A stretch of 64,000 bases of DNA from Candidatus Saccharimonadota bacterium (GTDB taxonomy: Bacteria; Patescibacteriota; Saccharimonadia; Saccharimonadales; AWTP1-31), in NCBI GenBank assembly GCA_052034955.1, contig JBPOHZ010000015.1, positions 26,998 through 90,997 of the forward strand, read 5' to 3'. A model generated the notes under the pieces. That model saw nothing but the letters and a program-made list of their open reading frames with translations, did no database searches and was not told the DNA's origin. Positions 1 to 8,347 of the stretch are shown one piece after another; positions within the stretch are counted from its first letter, which is position 1, and each line of letters starts with the position of its first letter. The position numbers were made by a program, and so were the translations under genes.

Positions 1-1
1 T

Positions 2-1675
2 TCCGAAGATAAAGATCTGCAGGATATCACCATACCAGCTAGTAAGCACCTTGTTCTGCAGTCCGTCAGTAGTAACGATCGAGACAGGAATCCTCAGCAA
101 ATAACTCTTGGATTCGATAAAGAAACAATAGTTCTTAATCTCGATAAACTAGATGATCAGCTGGTAAAAAACTTCTTAGCCGGATGCCTAATGGCCCATC
201 CAAAGGTTGTAGGATACGACCTAAAATCGACCTTAAAGTGTCTACTTTCTTTGGGTATTGAAATGCCAGAAGTAGAGCACGACGTTTTGCTGGGTAGCTT
301 TGCCATCAATAGTCTCAGGCGGGAGCAATCCCTTAGCGAGCTGGCGGCTGCCGATCTGGACGTTCACTTAGACGAGACTGTCAGTACCCAGGCCGATACA
401 GTAGTAGTTATACAGGGGCTTTTTAAGCAACAAGCCGAAGAGCTAGCTAAAACTCCAAGTCTTGGAAAGCTGGTCAAGGATATAGACTGGCCAATTATTC
501 CGGTTCTGGCCAAGATGGAGCACCATGGCATTAGTCTGGATACAAATTACCTAAGGTTAATGGCTGCTCAGGTAGCAGATATGATCAGCGATCTTGAACA
601 ACAGATTTATGGATTTGCCGATCAAGAATTTAACATTGGCTCACCGGCACAGCTAGCCGATATCTTATTCGAAAAATTAAAACTACCTACCGAAGGCATA
701 AAAAAGGGCAAGACCGGCTACTCGACAGCTGCTTCAGAGCTAGACAAGCTTCGATCTAAGCACGACATCATCGACATGATTACCCAGTACCGTGAGGTAA
801 CAAAGCTCAAGAATACTTACATAGATTCGTTACCAAAGCTTGTCGATAGTAAATCAAAACTTCATACCAACTTTGCACTTACGGTCGCACAAACCGGACG
901 TCTAAGTAGCAACGATCCCAATTTACAGAACATTCCGGTTCGTACCGAGCTAGGCAAGCGTATTAGGACAGCTTTTGTGGCCGACAAAGGCAATGTCTTG
1001 GTTGGAGCCGATTACAGCCAGTTCGAGCTTCGTTTGGCGGCAGTACTGGCTGATGACAAAGAAATGATTGACGCATTTAACAGGGGCATGGATGTGCATA
1101 CCATGACCGCTGCCCAGGTTTATGGTCGAGATCCAGAAGATGTCACCAAAAACATGCGCCGCGAAGCTAAGGTGGTTAACTTTGGCATTATGTATGGCTT
1201 AAGTGTTCATGGACTTGTGGCCGCAACCGGAATGTCATACGAAGCCGCCAAGAAGTTTATAGATAAATACTTCGAGACTCGTCCAACCCTAAAGGCCTAC
1301 ATTGAAAAAGTAAAAGAACAGGCTAAACAAGACGGTTATGTCGAGACCATGCTGGGACGTCGCCGACCGACGCCAGATATTAAATCTAGCAACTTTGTAG
1401 TCCGCGAGGCGGCACTACGAGCTGCCGTAAACATGCCTTTCCAGGGAAGTGCGGCCGACATAATGAAAAAAGCTATGATTGATGTCGACAAAAAGCTAGC
1501 CGGTACCAAAGCCAAAATGTTATTGCAGATCCACGACAGTGTCCTGGTAGAATGCCCCGAAGAAGACGCTAAGGACATTGCAAAACTAATCAAAGAAACT
1601 ATGGAACAGGCTTACAAACTTCCTGTCCAGTTGACCGTCGACACCGAAATCGGCAAAAACTGGGGCGATCTGTAA
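2..1675 (+). CDS. polA: DNA polymerase I (5'-truncated by window edge)
   Basis: Family A motifs TGRLSSNDPNLQNIP, ADYSQFELR, AKVVNFGIMYG and QIHDS. The frame is open from position 2 into the listed ORF (191..1675). Confidence 0.97.
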   Translation, partial: SEDKDLQDITIPASKHLVLQSVSSNDRDRNPQQITLGFDKETIVLNLDKLDDQLVKNFLAGCLMAHPKVVGYDLKSTLKCLLSLGIEMPEVEHDVLLGSFAINSLRREQSLSELAAADLDVHLDETVSTQADTVVVIQGLFKQQAEELAKTPSLGKLVKDIDWPIIPVLAKMEHHGISLDTNYLRLMAAQVADMISDLEQQIYGFADQEFNIGSPAQLADILFEKLKLPTEGIKKGKTGYSTAASELDKLRSKHDIIDMITQYREVTKLKNTYIDSLPKLVDSKSKLHTNFALTVAQTGRLSSNDPNLQNIPVRTELGKRIRTAFVADKGNVLVGADYSQFELRLAAVLADDKEMIDAFNRGMDVHTMTAAQVYGRDPEDVTKNMRREAKVVNFGIMYGLSVHGLVAATGMSYEAAKKFIDKYFETRPTLKAYIEKVKEQAKQDGYVETMLGRRRPTPDIKSSNFVVREAALRAAVNMPFQGSAADIMKKAMIDVDKKLAGTKAKMLLQIHDSVLVECPEEDAKDIAKLIKETMEQAYKLPVQLTVDTEIGKNWGDL

Positions 1676-1676
1676 G

Positions 1677-2579
1677 CTATTGACCAGCTCTTGCTAGAGT
1701 TATTCCCTCGATGGAAGCTGGGGTATTTCCGGCTAAAATATCATTGTAGGCTACTTCGGGAAGTAGGAACATTGGCATGAAGAACTGGCCATCGCTAGTA
1801 TGCATCAAGGACTTATTTGATTCCATTGATTTCACATACTCAGCATAGCTGAATTTACCTTTGGCCATTGCATATACAGCTCCAAGTGAGTTACAAAGTA
1901 CTTCTTGAGTAACAAGATTAATACCGGGCTTGTCTAGATTATCGGTAGTAACTATCAAGCTAGCCTGACAAGCTTCTACAGAAAATGCTAATGCTTTTTC
2001 AAGTTCGTTATCACCCATTCTTACAAAACTTACAGCACTTTTAAGGCTAGGTAATTCTTTTGGCCTAAAGCTAACTCCTTCTGCGCCATCTTCTTTGCCT
2101 GCTAGTTCGGACATAAAATCGCCCTTTTCGGCTTCTACAACCACAACAGGGTAGTTGGGTGTCTCGATAGTCACCGCCACATTGGCTGCAATTGTTCCAC
2201 CGTCTTTATTGAATATTGGAATATCCAGTTTGGGGAATGTATTTGCAAAGCCAATTACATCTGCTTGGACATCGGCATAAAGATATTCAAATTTATCTAT
2301 TTTGGGACTGGAACCATCTTCGCTTACAAAAGTAATTGGGTGCTGATCGACAGTGTCTTTGACTGTGATTCTGCCTACGGGCTGTAATTTAGCTAAATCG
2401 ACTCCATCAAAGGAAGCTGAATCGATATCTGAAACGTGTTCAATTACAGTAGCAACGTCGTCTATAATGTTAGGGGCTTGTTCTTTTCGAACTGCTTCTT
2501 GCGGAATAGCTTCTTGATCGGAACAACCAGGAACCAAGAACGCAGCAGTAAGACCCAAGGCCAATAACTCTTTTCTCAT
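1677..2579 (-). CDS. Putative lipoprotein, unknown function
   Basis: MRKELLALGLTAAFLVPG-C signal peptide with a lipobox-like Cys. The ATG at 2579 sits 6 nt below a TAATAT -10 box. Confidence 0.75.
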   Translation of the reverse strand: MRKELLALGLTAAFLVPGCSDQEAIPQEAVRKEQAPNIIDDVATVIEHVSDIDSASFDGVDLAKLQPVGRITVKDTVDQHPITFVSEDGSSPKIDKFEYLYADVQADVIGFANTFPKLDIPIFNKDGGTIAANVAVTIETPNYPVVVVEAEKGDFMSELAGKEDGAEGVSFRPKELPSLKSAVSFVRMGDNELEKALAFSVEACQASLIVTTDNLDKPGINLVTQEVLCNSLGAVYAMAKGKFSYAEYVKSMESNKSLMHTSDGQFFMPMFLLPEVAYNDILAGNTPASIEGITLARAGQ

Positions 2580-2594
2580 CAATATATATTAACA

Positions 2595-2602
2595 TATTTA
2601 AT
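2595..2602 (+). repeat. 8-bp target-site duplication, left copy (TATTTAAT)
   Basis: Identical 8-mer at 6256..6263 immediately outside the other TIR. Confidence 0.92.
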
Positions 2603-2627
2603 GGCAGTTATATACTTGACGTTACCA
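2603..2627 (+). repeat. Terminal inverted repeat (distal to transposase start)
   Basis: Reverse complement of 6231..6255 at 24/25 positions; begins GGC as typical of IS1595. Confidence 0.93.
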
Positions 2628-2661
2628 AACTATAAAAGACCTGCTTGTTTGTAGTTTGATC

Positions 2662-2871
2662 TTAGCTAACGTCCCTTTGTTTCTTAGCCCACTTTGCTAA
2701 ATCTTTATTACTAATTGATGGAGTCTTTGACATTTTTTTAACGGCATTCTCTAAATTTTCGCCGATCCTTATCCGTCGCTCATTTTCTCGTACTGGTTTT
2801 TCTTGGTCACTCTTAATTTGAGTTTCAAGTGCTTCGATCTCTTTTTTGCTGGGCTTTCTATGAGGCATCAT
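2662..2871 (-). CDS. Small basic hypothetical protein (IS passenger)
   Basis: 69-aa charged ORF with TATAAT just upstream of the tandem ATGs; lies inside the TIRs. Confidence 0.6.
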   Translation of the reverse strand: MMPHRKPSKKEIEALETQIKSDQEKPVRENERRIRIGENLENAVKKMSKTPSISNKDLAKWAKKQRDVS

Positions 2872-2916
2872 ATCAATTATACAACTGCAAGTGGCAGCCA
2901 GTATAGTGGAAAATTA

Positions 2917-4029
2917 TTAACCCCTCGCCTTAGATGCTAGATAACTTTCTCGAAGTTTTGGGTCTACCAGCCACGGGGCATCTGGTCTCACCCCAGCAGT
3001 TTCACAAGCTTGCTTCCATGTATCCGGGTCTAGGCTTCCAGAATGAGCATCAATGAATCGACCAAGCTCAACCATCCTCGAGCTATGTGAGCCATTGCCA
3101 ATTCCACCAATTGGCTCCTGAACGTAACCGATATGCTTAGGGTCTATGGTTTCAACCTCACCCTGCAAGGGGTGCTCGGTAGTCAGCCAGATGTCAGGAT
3201 ATTTTGGGTATACTTCAGCTAATATGGTTGCAAACTCTTCAGGTTCCCACGTATATAGATCGCAGCTATCGTAGTCATGCGCCTCCGTCTTGGTGAGCAT
3301 GGATAATTTCCTTTCTGCCGCCATAGCATAAACTTCTTCAATAAATAACTGTGCGTGTTCACTTTTCTCGGGTGTTGATAGATCAAGAGACAAATAAAAT
3401 TTATGCCGGTCAAATGGCCGTTCCACTACAAGGTCTGCGACCTCAGACCCTGTTTCCCATGCTTGAGAAAAGCCATTTTTGCCAGGTATCACCTTGCCGT
3501 CGTGATTTGCCCTACGATAACGATTGGTGAATAAAGCTCTTGGTTTCAGATTGTTACTATCCAAGCCACCTTGTTGTGAACCGCCAAAAGCAGACGAGAA
3601 TCCAATTCTCTTGGCGGATTCAACTAATGTGCTGCGTGATAACTTTGTTAGTAGAGCTTCTGGTGAGCCCTCGCCCGTCATGCTGGTACCTTCAAGTAAC
3701 GAGGGTCCAGATGGTTCAGGTGAAGTCACTTCACCAGATTTTTCTGTGCGAATCATCCTACTTACAACCCTAGAAGGACGACTTTCGGATACTCCCACTG
3801 TGCTCGTACCGCGGCCCATACTATTACGCACGCGTGAAACTGGTGCGACAGGTGTTTCATCAACAGTATCAAGTTCTGCAGTTGCATCAACCGGAACTTC
3901 ACCAATAACTTCTGCTTCCTCCGGGCTAATAGTCTCTACACTTGCTTCTGATGTAGCTTCACTCACGCTGCGACGCATGCTACTGCGCACGCGTGAAACT
4001 GGTTCTGTGGATGTTGTCTTTGGTTCCAT
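2917..4029 (-). CDS. Hypothetical protein with repetitive disordered N-terminus and HopA1-like C-terminal domain (IS passenger)
   Basis: N-terminal PVSRVRxSM repeats. C-terminal pattern KFYLSLD...DSCDLY...HIGYVQEP...SHSSR...GVRPDAPW resembles the HopA1 family as I recall it. Confidence 0.6.
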   Translation of the reverse strand: MEPKTTSTEPVSRVRSSMRRSVSEATSEASVETISPEEAEVIGEVPVDATAELDTVDETPVAPVSRVRNSMGRGTSTVGVSESRPSRVVSRMIRTEKSGEVTSPEPSGPSLLEGTSMTGEGSPEALLTKLSRSTLVESAKRIGFSSAFGGSQQGGLDSNNLKPRALFTNRYRRANHDGKVIPGKNGFSQAWETGSEVADLVVERPFDRHKFYLSLDLSTPEKSEHAQLFIEEVYAMAAERKLSMLTKTEAHDYDSCDLYTWEPEEFATILAEVYPKYPDIWLTTEHPLQGEVETIDPKHIGYVQEPIGGIGNGSHSSRMVELGRFIDAHSGSLDPDTWKQACETAGVRPDAPWLVDPKLRESYLASKARG

Positions 4030-4165
4030 ATTTGTTTTTTATTGTTACCCTCACAGTAGCATACTTGTGTAAATCAGTCTAGATTGCATAACGGAGTAAT
4101 CTGACCCACTTATGTCCACAGAGCTAAAAACATGCTATCAGGTGACTAATTTTGCTCGCACTAAA

Positions 4166-5023
4166 TTATGAGTCACCTGATCCACTCTGGAAAATTAGTT
4201 CTCTTAATGTCGTCTTTTCTGCCCCATTATCCGTATCAACCTTAACCCAGATCTTATCAGCAGGCCTTGTGGCTGTTTCAAGCCGTTGTCTGGTCGTCGT
4301 AGCAAACACTAGCTCATCATCCCAAGCTTCATCGAGAATACGTTGCATCTGTCGCTTTAACTTCTTCTGGGTTCGTTCGTCATCACAGATAGCCAATATT
4401 ACTGGGTATGGCTCATTTTCCTGCCAGTCGCCGCTGTCCTTGAAGTTAACGTAGTTTCTGGTTTTCCTGACACTGACAAAGAACGGTTTCGTACCGTCCC
4501 AGATATCTACAAAGTAATGTTTGGCAGATGTCTCGCCCTTGCCGGGTATTTCAATATGCAGATCTGGTGTCCAACTTGGGTAGTAATCCAACTGTGCCAT
4601 ATAGCTTTTGGGAAGTAGGTGGAGTTTTTTGCTGTCACCGTATATATCTCGGAGTCTTTGAGCTGTTTCTGTTACAGCAATGCAGTGCTTGAGAAAATCA
4701 TCCGAGACGGTTTTGTTCTTGTACAGGCTCTTAGTTGCCCAGGTGTTGGTTGAATTAGGATTGGCTTTTTCAAGTGCTCGTGCGCCTTTCGGGGTAATGA
4801 AGTATTCTGCCGATCTACCAGCTAGCTTGTAGGACTTATCGTAACGTTTACCAATGAGTCCTTGGACTTCCAGTATCTGCAGTTTGTTTTGGATAGCTTT
4901 AGGGTTGGTTTTATCAAATGATCTGGCAAGCTGTCTGCTTGTACAAAATCGATACCAATACAGCAAATGTAGTGTTCTAATCTGCTGTTTATTCAACGAT
5001 CTACGATACTTCACTTCATTCAT
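4166..5023 (-). CDS. Replication-relaxation family protein (wHTH + PD-(D/E)XK-like)
   Basis: YRFCTSRQLA...LQILEVQGLI wHTH, YFITPKG, FLKHCIAV, WTPDL...YFVDIW and PVILAIC match the Replic_Relax layout. Confidence 0.75.
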   Translation of the reverse strand: MNEVKYRRSLNKQQIRTLHLLYWYRFCTSRQLARSFDKTNPKAIQNKLQILEVQGLIGKRYDKSYKLAGRSAEYFITPKGARALEKANPNSTNTWATKSLYKNKTVSDDFLKHCIAVTETAQRLRDIYGDSKKLHLLPKSYMAQLDYYPSWTPDLHIEIPGKGETSAKHYFVDIWDGTKPFFVSVRKTRNYVNFKDSGDWQENEPYPVILAICDDERTQKKLKRQMQRILDEAWDDELVFATTTRQRLETATRPADKIWVKVDTDNGAEKTTLRELIFQSGSGDS

Positions 5024-5262
5024 ATAGCTTCTTATTAATGCGCACTAAACTAACACTAGATAAGCTCATCAAGTCATCAAAACCATACTCAACACCACAA
5101 ACCACACAACTCATAAAACCAATACTTACATATCTACTCATAATCCTACATCACTCTAATCATCTGTTCTCCTCTATATTTATATAGAAAGAGAGGGAGA
5201 AAAGGAAGAAGGAAAATATAGGGGCAGTCCAAGAAATATAAGTTGGGTATCGGTGGGTAAGT

Positions 5263-6207
5263 TTAGAACTTCTTGCTAACGAGGTTGCTATAGGTTAATC
5301 GCTTGCCGTTTAGGTGGTTAAACCAGTCTTCAAAACGTTCGCCGTCAGTTAGCTCACGAGTATTCCAGCGGTAGCTATATTCATCGCAGTATCGCTGCAA
5401 GTGCTTAGCGCTAACATGGTGGTAAATGCCGTTAATGCCACGCTTGAGATGTGACCAAAACGACTCAGCTGTATTGGTACTGGCCATACCATTCACAAAT
5501 TCCTTAACGCCGTGATTGACACTTTCATGCTTAAAGCCGATCTTAGGCAAGGTTCGGTAGGGCATATGCTCGTCCGTGTAGATTGTGGCGTTAACGTCTA
5601 TGTGTTTACGGGCTAGGGTCATAAGAGTATGGCTGCCAGTATCTTTTGTGGCAACAGCGTGGAGCTGCCCACCACGTTCGACCATGCCCACGACTGGGGC
5701 TTTACTATTTTTGCTTCCGAAGCCTTGTGCGCCTTTGCCAGTAATAGCTTTTAGTTTCTTGTGAGCGTGTTTGTTACTGTCTTTGCCGCCAATGTAAGCT
5801 TCATCCATCTCAACTTCGCCGTTGAGCAGTTCAAAGCTGTCATTTTCAAAGACGTAGCGGATACGTTGAAGCATGAACCAAGCAGTCTTTTGGGTGACGC
5901 CAATATATTTACTAAGCTGAATTGAAGAAATGCCTTTCTTGTAACTACCACACAGATAGATGGCTAAAAACCACTTCTGTAGTGGTACGGGGCTATCCTC
6001 GAAGACACTGCGAGTACGAACGGTAAAGGTATTACGGCAACTGGCACACTTGATACGACCGCTAGCTAGGTTGTAGGTCTTAACATTAATCTCACCACAT
6101 TTCGGACAGGTTACACCGTCTGCCCAGCGAGCTTTATACAGGAAGTTCTGGCATTGTTTCTCAGTACCGAACTTCTGATAGAATTGGATAAGATTAAATG
6201 ACTCCAT
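5263..6207 (-). CDS. IS1595-family DDE transposase
   Basis: Zn ribbon CPKC...CASC, HTH ISSIQLSKYIGVTQKTAWFM, catalytic EMDEAY, IYTDE and STNTAESFW, then KHLQRYCDEYSYRWN and KRLTY. Confidence 0.97.
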   Translation of the reverse strand: MESFNLIQFYQKFGTEKQCQNFLYKARWADGVTCPKCGEINVKTYNLASGRIKCASCRNTFTVRTRSVFEDSPVPLQKWFLAIYLCGSYKKGISSIQLSKYIGVTQKTAWFMLQRIRYVFENDSFELLNGEVEMDEAYIGGKDSNKHAHKKLKAITGKGAQGFGSKNSKAPVVGMVERGGQLHAVATKDTGSHTLMTLARKHIDVNATIYTDEHMPYRTLPKIGFKHESVNHGVKEFVNGMASTNTAESFWSHLKRGINGIYHHVSAKHLQRYCDEYSYRWNTRELTDGERFEDWFNHLNGKRLTYSNLVSKKF

Positions 6208-6213
6208 AAATCC

Positions 6214-6242
6214 ATTCTAACAGAGGTAAATGGTAACGTCAA
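6214..6242 (-). promoter_or_regulatory. Transposase sigma70 promoter, -35 inside the TIR, leaderless
   Basis: Minus strand TTGACG-17 nt-TAGAAT-6 nt-ATG. Confidence 0.7.
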
Positions 6243-6255
6243 GTATATAATTGCC
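6231..6255 (-). repeat. Terminal inverted repeat (transposase-proximal)
   Basis: TGGTAACGTCAAGTATATAATTGCC, inverse of 2603..2627. Confidence 0.93.
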
Positions 6256-6263
6256 TATTTAAT
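6256..6263 (+). repeat. 8-bp target-site duplication, right copy (TATTTAAT)
   Basis: Identical to 2595..2602. Confidence 0.92.
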
Positions 6264-6341
6264 TAACAAAAGCAAGGAATATACACTATCAGGCACTTAA
6301 TATCAGTTTCGGTCGTACTTATAGCCATAGGCCTAGCCTAT

Positions 6342-6830
6342 TTGGTGCGCAGGTGGCCCCAGGACGTATCGACAACATTCAGCCAACATGCTGCCGCACA
6401 AAAACAGTCGATAGTATATTACGCTCTGTTATTCTTGGTGATATTACCGATGCTAGGCATCTACTTTGTTAAATGGTTGATTCCAAGTTTTAATCTTAAT
6501 GGTTGGTTCAGTGTCTTTACTTGGTTAGCGATACTGACCCAGGCAGCCGTCGCATTAGTTCCGGAGGTGCCTGGATGGAGGAGGGGCGCGCATAGATTCT
6601 TGGCATTCTGGTCGGCACTTTTCTTGATGCTGTCACTGTTTGCCGTTTTATCGAACAGCTTGATTTCTGGTGCATCGCACATTATTACGCTGATCTGTGC
6701 CCTTATGATGGCCATCATCTTTGCCATCCTAGTAGTTAATAAAGCGGAACATAAGTACTTCTTGATTCTGCAGGCTGGTTTTTTTGGCGCTTACTTTGTG
6801 TCTATGCTGGCAATTACCTACATACGGTGA
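6342..6830 (+). CDS. Integral membrane protein (5-6 TM)
   Basis: Multiple hydrophobic helices. The frame stays open upstream to 6267 through another hydrophobic segment, so the true start is uncertain. Confidence 0.7.
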   Translation: MVRRWPQDVSTTFSQHAAAQKQSIVYYALLFLVILPMLGIYFVKWLIPSFNLNGWFSVFTWLAILTQAAVALVPEVPGWRRGAHRFLAFWSALFLMLSLFAVLSNSLISGASHIITLICALMMAIIFAILVVNKAEHKYFLILQAGFFGAYFVSMLAITYIR

Positions 6831-6889
6831 TGCGCCAGTTGTAAAAGGTGCAAAGTTATGCTATTATAGACTAAATAAATGGAGTATTT

Positions 6890-7456
6890 ATGAGTTCCAA
6901 GCGTTCGGCACTTATATTCTTAATCTTTGTGGTCGGTTGTATCCTCTTCCTGTGGTTGATCTTTGGGGGTGGTAAAAATAGTGGTACCAAAAAAGATGCC
7001 CCAAAGGCCTTTAACTTAGTAGAATACGTCGACAAGAATTCTAGTGTTGCAGCAACCACGCATGGCCGAATCAATGGCGATGATGAACACCGCGCAGTAC
7101 GAGTTACGATAACTGCAAATAATAGGCTAGTAGAGATCATACAGGGCTACGAAGGCAAGGTTATTGATAGCAAGTCTTACCCCAACAACGCAAAGGCCTA
7201 TAAGGCCTTTCTGAACGCACTGTCCAAGACCGGTTACGGCAAAGTACGTAAGTCCACTGTCGCCAGTGAAGAAGGTGTTTGCGCAACTGGACGCAGGTTT
7301 ACTTACGACTTAAGAGATTCTGATAAGCTTATTTCCCATACCTGGACAGCTAACTGCGTCAAGGGAAATGCACCGGTTTCGCCAGAGAACGTCAGCAACT
7401 TGTTCCGCCGCCAGATCACCGACTACGACGAAATTACCCGTAACGTTCGCTTGTAG
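6890..7456 (+). CDS. Membrane-anchored/exported hypothetical protein
   Basis: N-terminal TM helix followed by a soluble domain with two Cys. Confidence 0.75.
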   Translation: MSSKRSALIFLIFVVGCILFLWLIFGGGKNSGTKKDAPKAFNLVEYVDKNSSVAATTHGRINGDDEHRAVRVTITANNRLVEIIQGYEGKVIDSKSYPNNAKAYKAFLNALSKTGYGKVRKSTVASEEGVCATGRRFTYDLRDSDKLISHTWTANCVKGNAPVSPENVSNLFRRQITDYDEITRNVRL

Positions 7457-7473
7457 CCTGTTACAATAGCCTA

Positions 7474-8055
7474 ATGATTAAGGCTATAATTTTTGACTGC
7501 TTCGGTGTGATTACCGAGAATCGCTGGGATACCTTTCGAGCAGCAGTTAATACTGATGTACGAGATCAAGTAAATGATATGCATACGGCATTCGATAGAG
7601 GGCTAGTTAGCTACCCAGACTTTAGCCGCACTTTACATGAGCTCACAGGCATGAGCCAAGACGAGATTGACGCCGTGTTCATGAACAGGGACGGATACAG
7701 CAAGAACATAGAACTTTTGGCAGATATAAAAGAACTTTCTGCTAAGTACAAGGTAAGTATTCTTAGTAATGTCGGAAGCAACTGGATCAGAGAAAAGTTC
7801 TTGACTACCGAGGAGATTAATCTGTTCAGCGACTTTGTACTCTCTTATGAAACTAAACTAGGAAAACCGGACCCGGCAATTTACCAACTGGCTTTTGAGC
7901 GACTAGGTGTTGACTCGTCTGAAGCTGTTTTTATCGACGATAATCCAAGCTACTGTCAGGTGGCCAAAAGCATGGGTGCAAAGACCATAGCGTATACAAA
8001 TTTTGCTCAGTATAAACAAGAGCTAGATACCATTCTAGCCAATTCTAATAACTAA
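7474..8055 (+). CDS. HAD-superfamily phosphatase
   Basis: IIFDCFGV motif I, ILSN, KPDPAIY and FIDD. Confidence 0.92.
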   Translation: MIKAIIFDCFGVITENRWDTFRAAVNTDVRDQVNDMHTAFDRGLVSYPDFSRTLHELTGMSQDEIDAVFMNRDGYSKNIELLADIKELSAKYKVSILSNVGSNWIREKFLTTEEINLFSDFVLSYETKLGKPDPAIYQLAFERLGVDSSEAVFIDDNPSYCQVAKSMGAKTIAYTNFAQYKQELDTILANSNN

Positions 8056-8274
8056 CTTCTTATCTGTTGCTAGGTGACTTTGCAGCTCAAAGAGACTCAT
8101 CCTTAGGGCTCCCGCTAAGGAGGCTCCGGGAACAGTAATTACTATCTGAGATTTGCCAATAGAAACCGAGACCAATGAATCAAAGTGCTCTTTAATGTAA
8201 TCTTTTATTACTTTTACTTCAGGCGGTTCAGCAGGAAGTCTTCTGGATAGTATGTCGCTAAGTTGATCGGCCAT
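8035..8274 (-). CDS. Small protein, possibly DciA/DUF721-like
   Basis: 79 aa; IVITVPGASLAGALRM resembles the DciA KH-like motif; leaderless TATAAT-6 nt-ATG. Confidence 0.55.
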   Translation of the reverse strand: MADQLSDILSRRLPAEPPEVKVIKDYIKEHFDSLVSVSIGKSQIVITVPGASLAGALRMSLFELQSHLATDKKLVIRIG

Positions 8275-8347
8275 GACAACATTATACTTTGTTGTAGAGT
8301 CCGTCGAGCATCTAGTTCTCTGATGTTCAGTCTGTCATACTAGCTGT

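Larger units (their letters stand above)
2603..6255 (-). mobile_element. IS1595-family element with passenger genes (transporter IS), 3653 bp
   Basis: 25-bp TIRs (2603..2627 GGCAGTTATATACTTGACGTTACCA; 6231..6255, 1 mismatch), 8-bp TSD and an IS1595 transposase at 5263..6207. Three passenger ORFs lie inside. Confidence 0.93.

Noticed and set aside
3524-4072. 182-aa plus-strand ORF
   Set aside because: Antisense shadow of the low-complexity N-terminus of 2917..4029.
6267-6341. Non-canonical ATC/ATA start or IS-caused truncation of the membrane gene at 6342
   Set aside because: The upstream frame is open and hydrophobic, but an in-frame TAA (6264..6266) lies outside the IS, so the IS did not truncate it. 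The start cannot be resolved from sequence alone.
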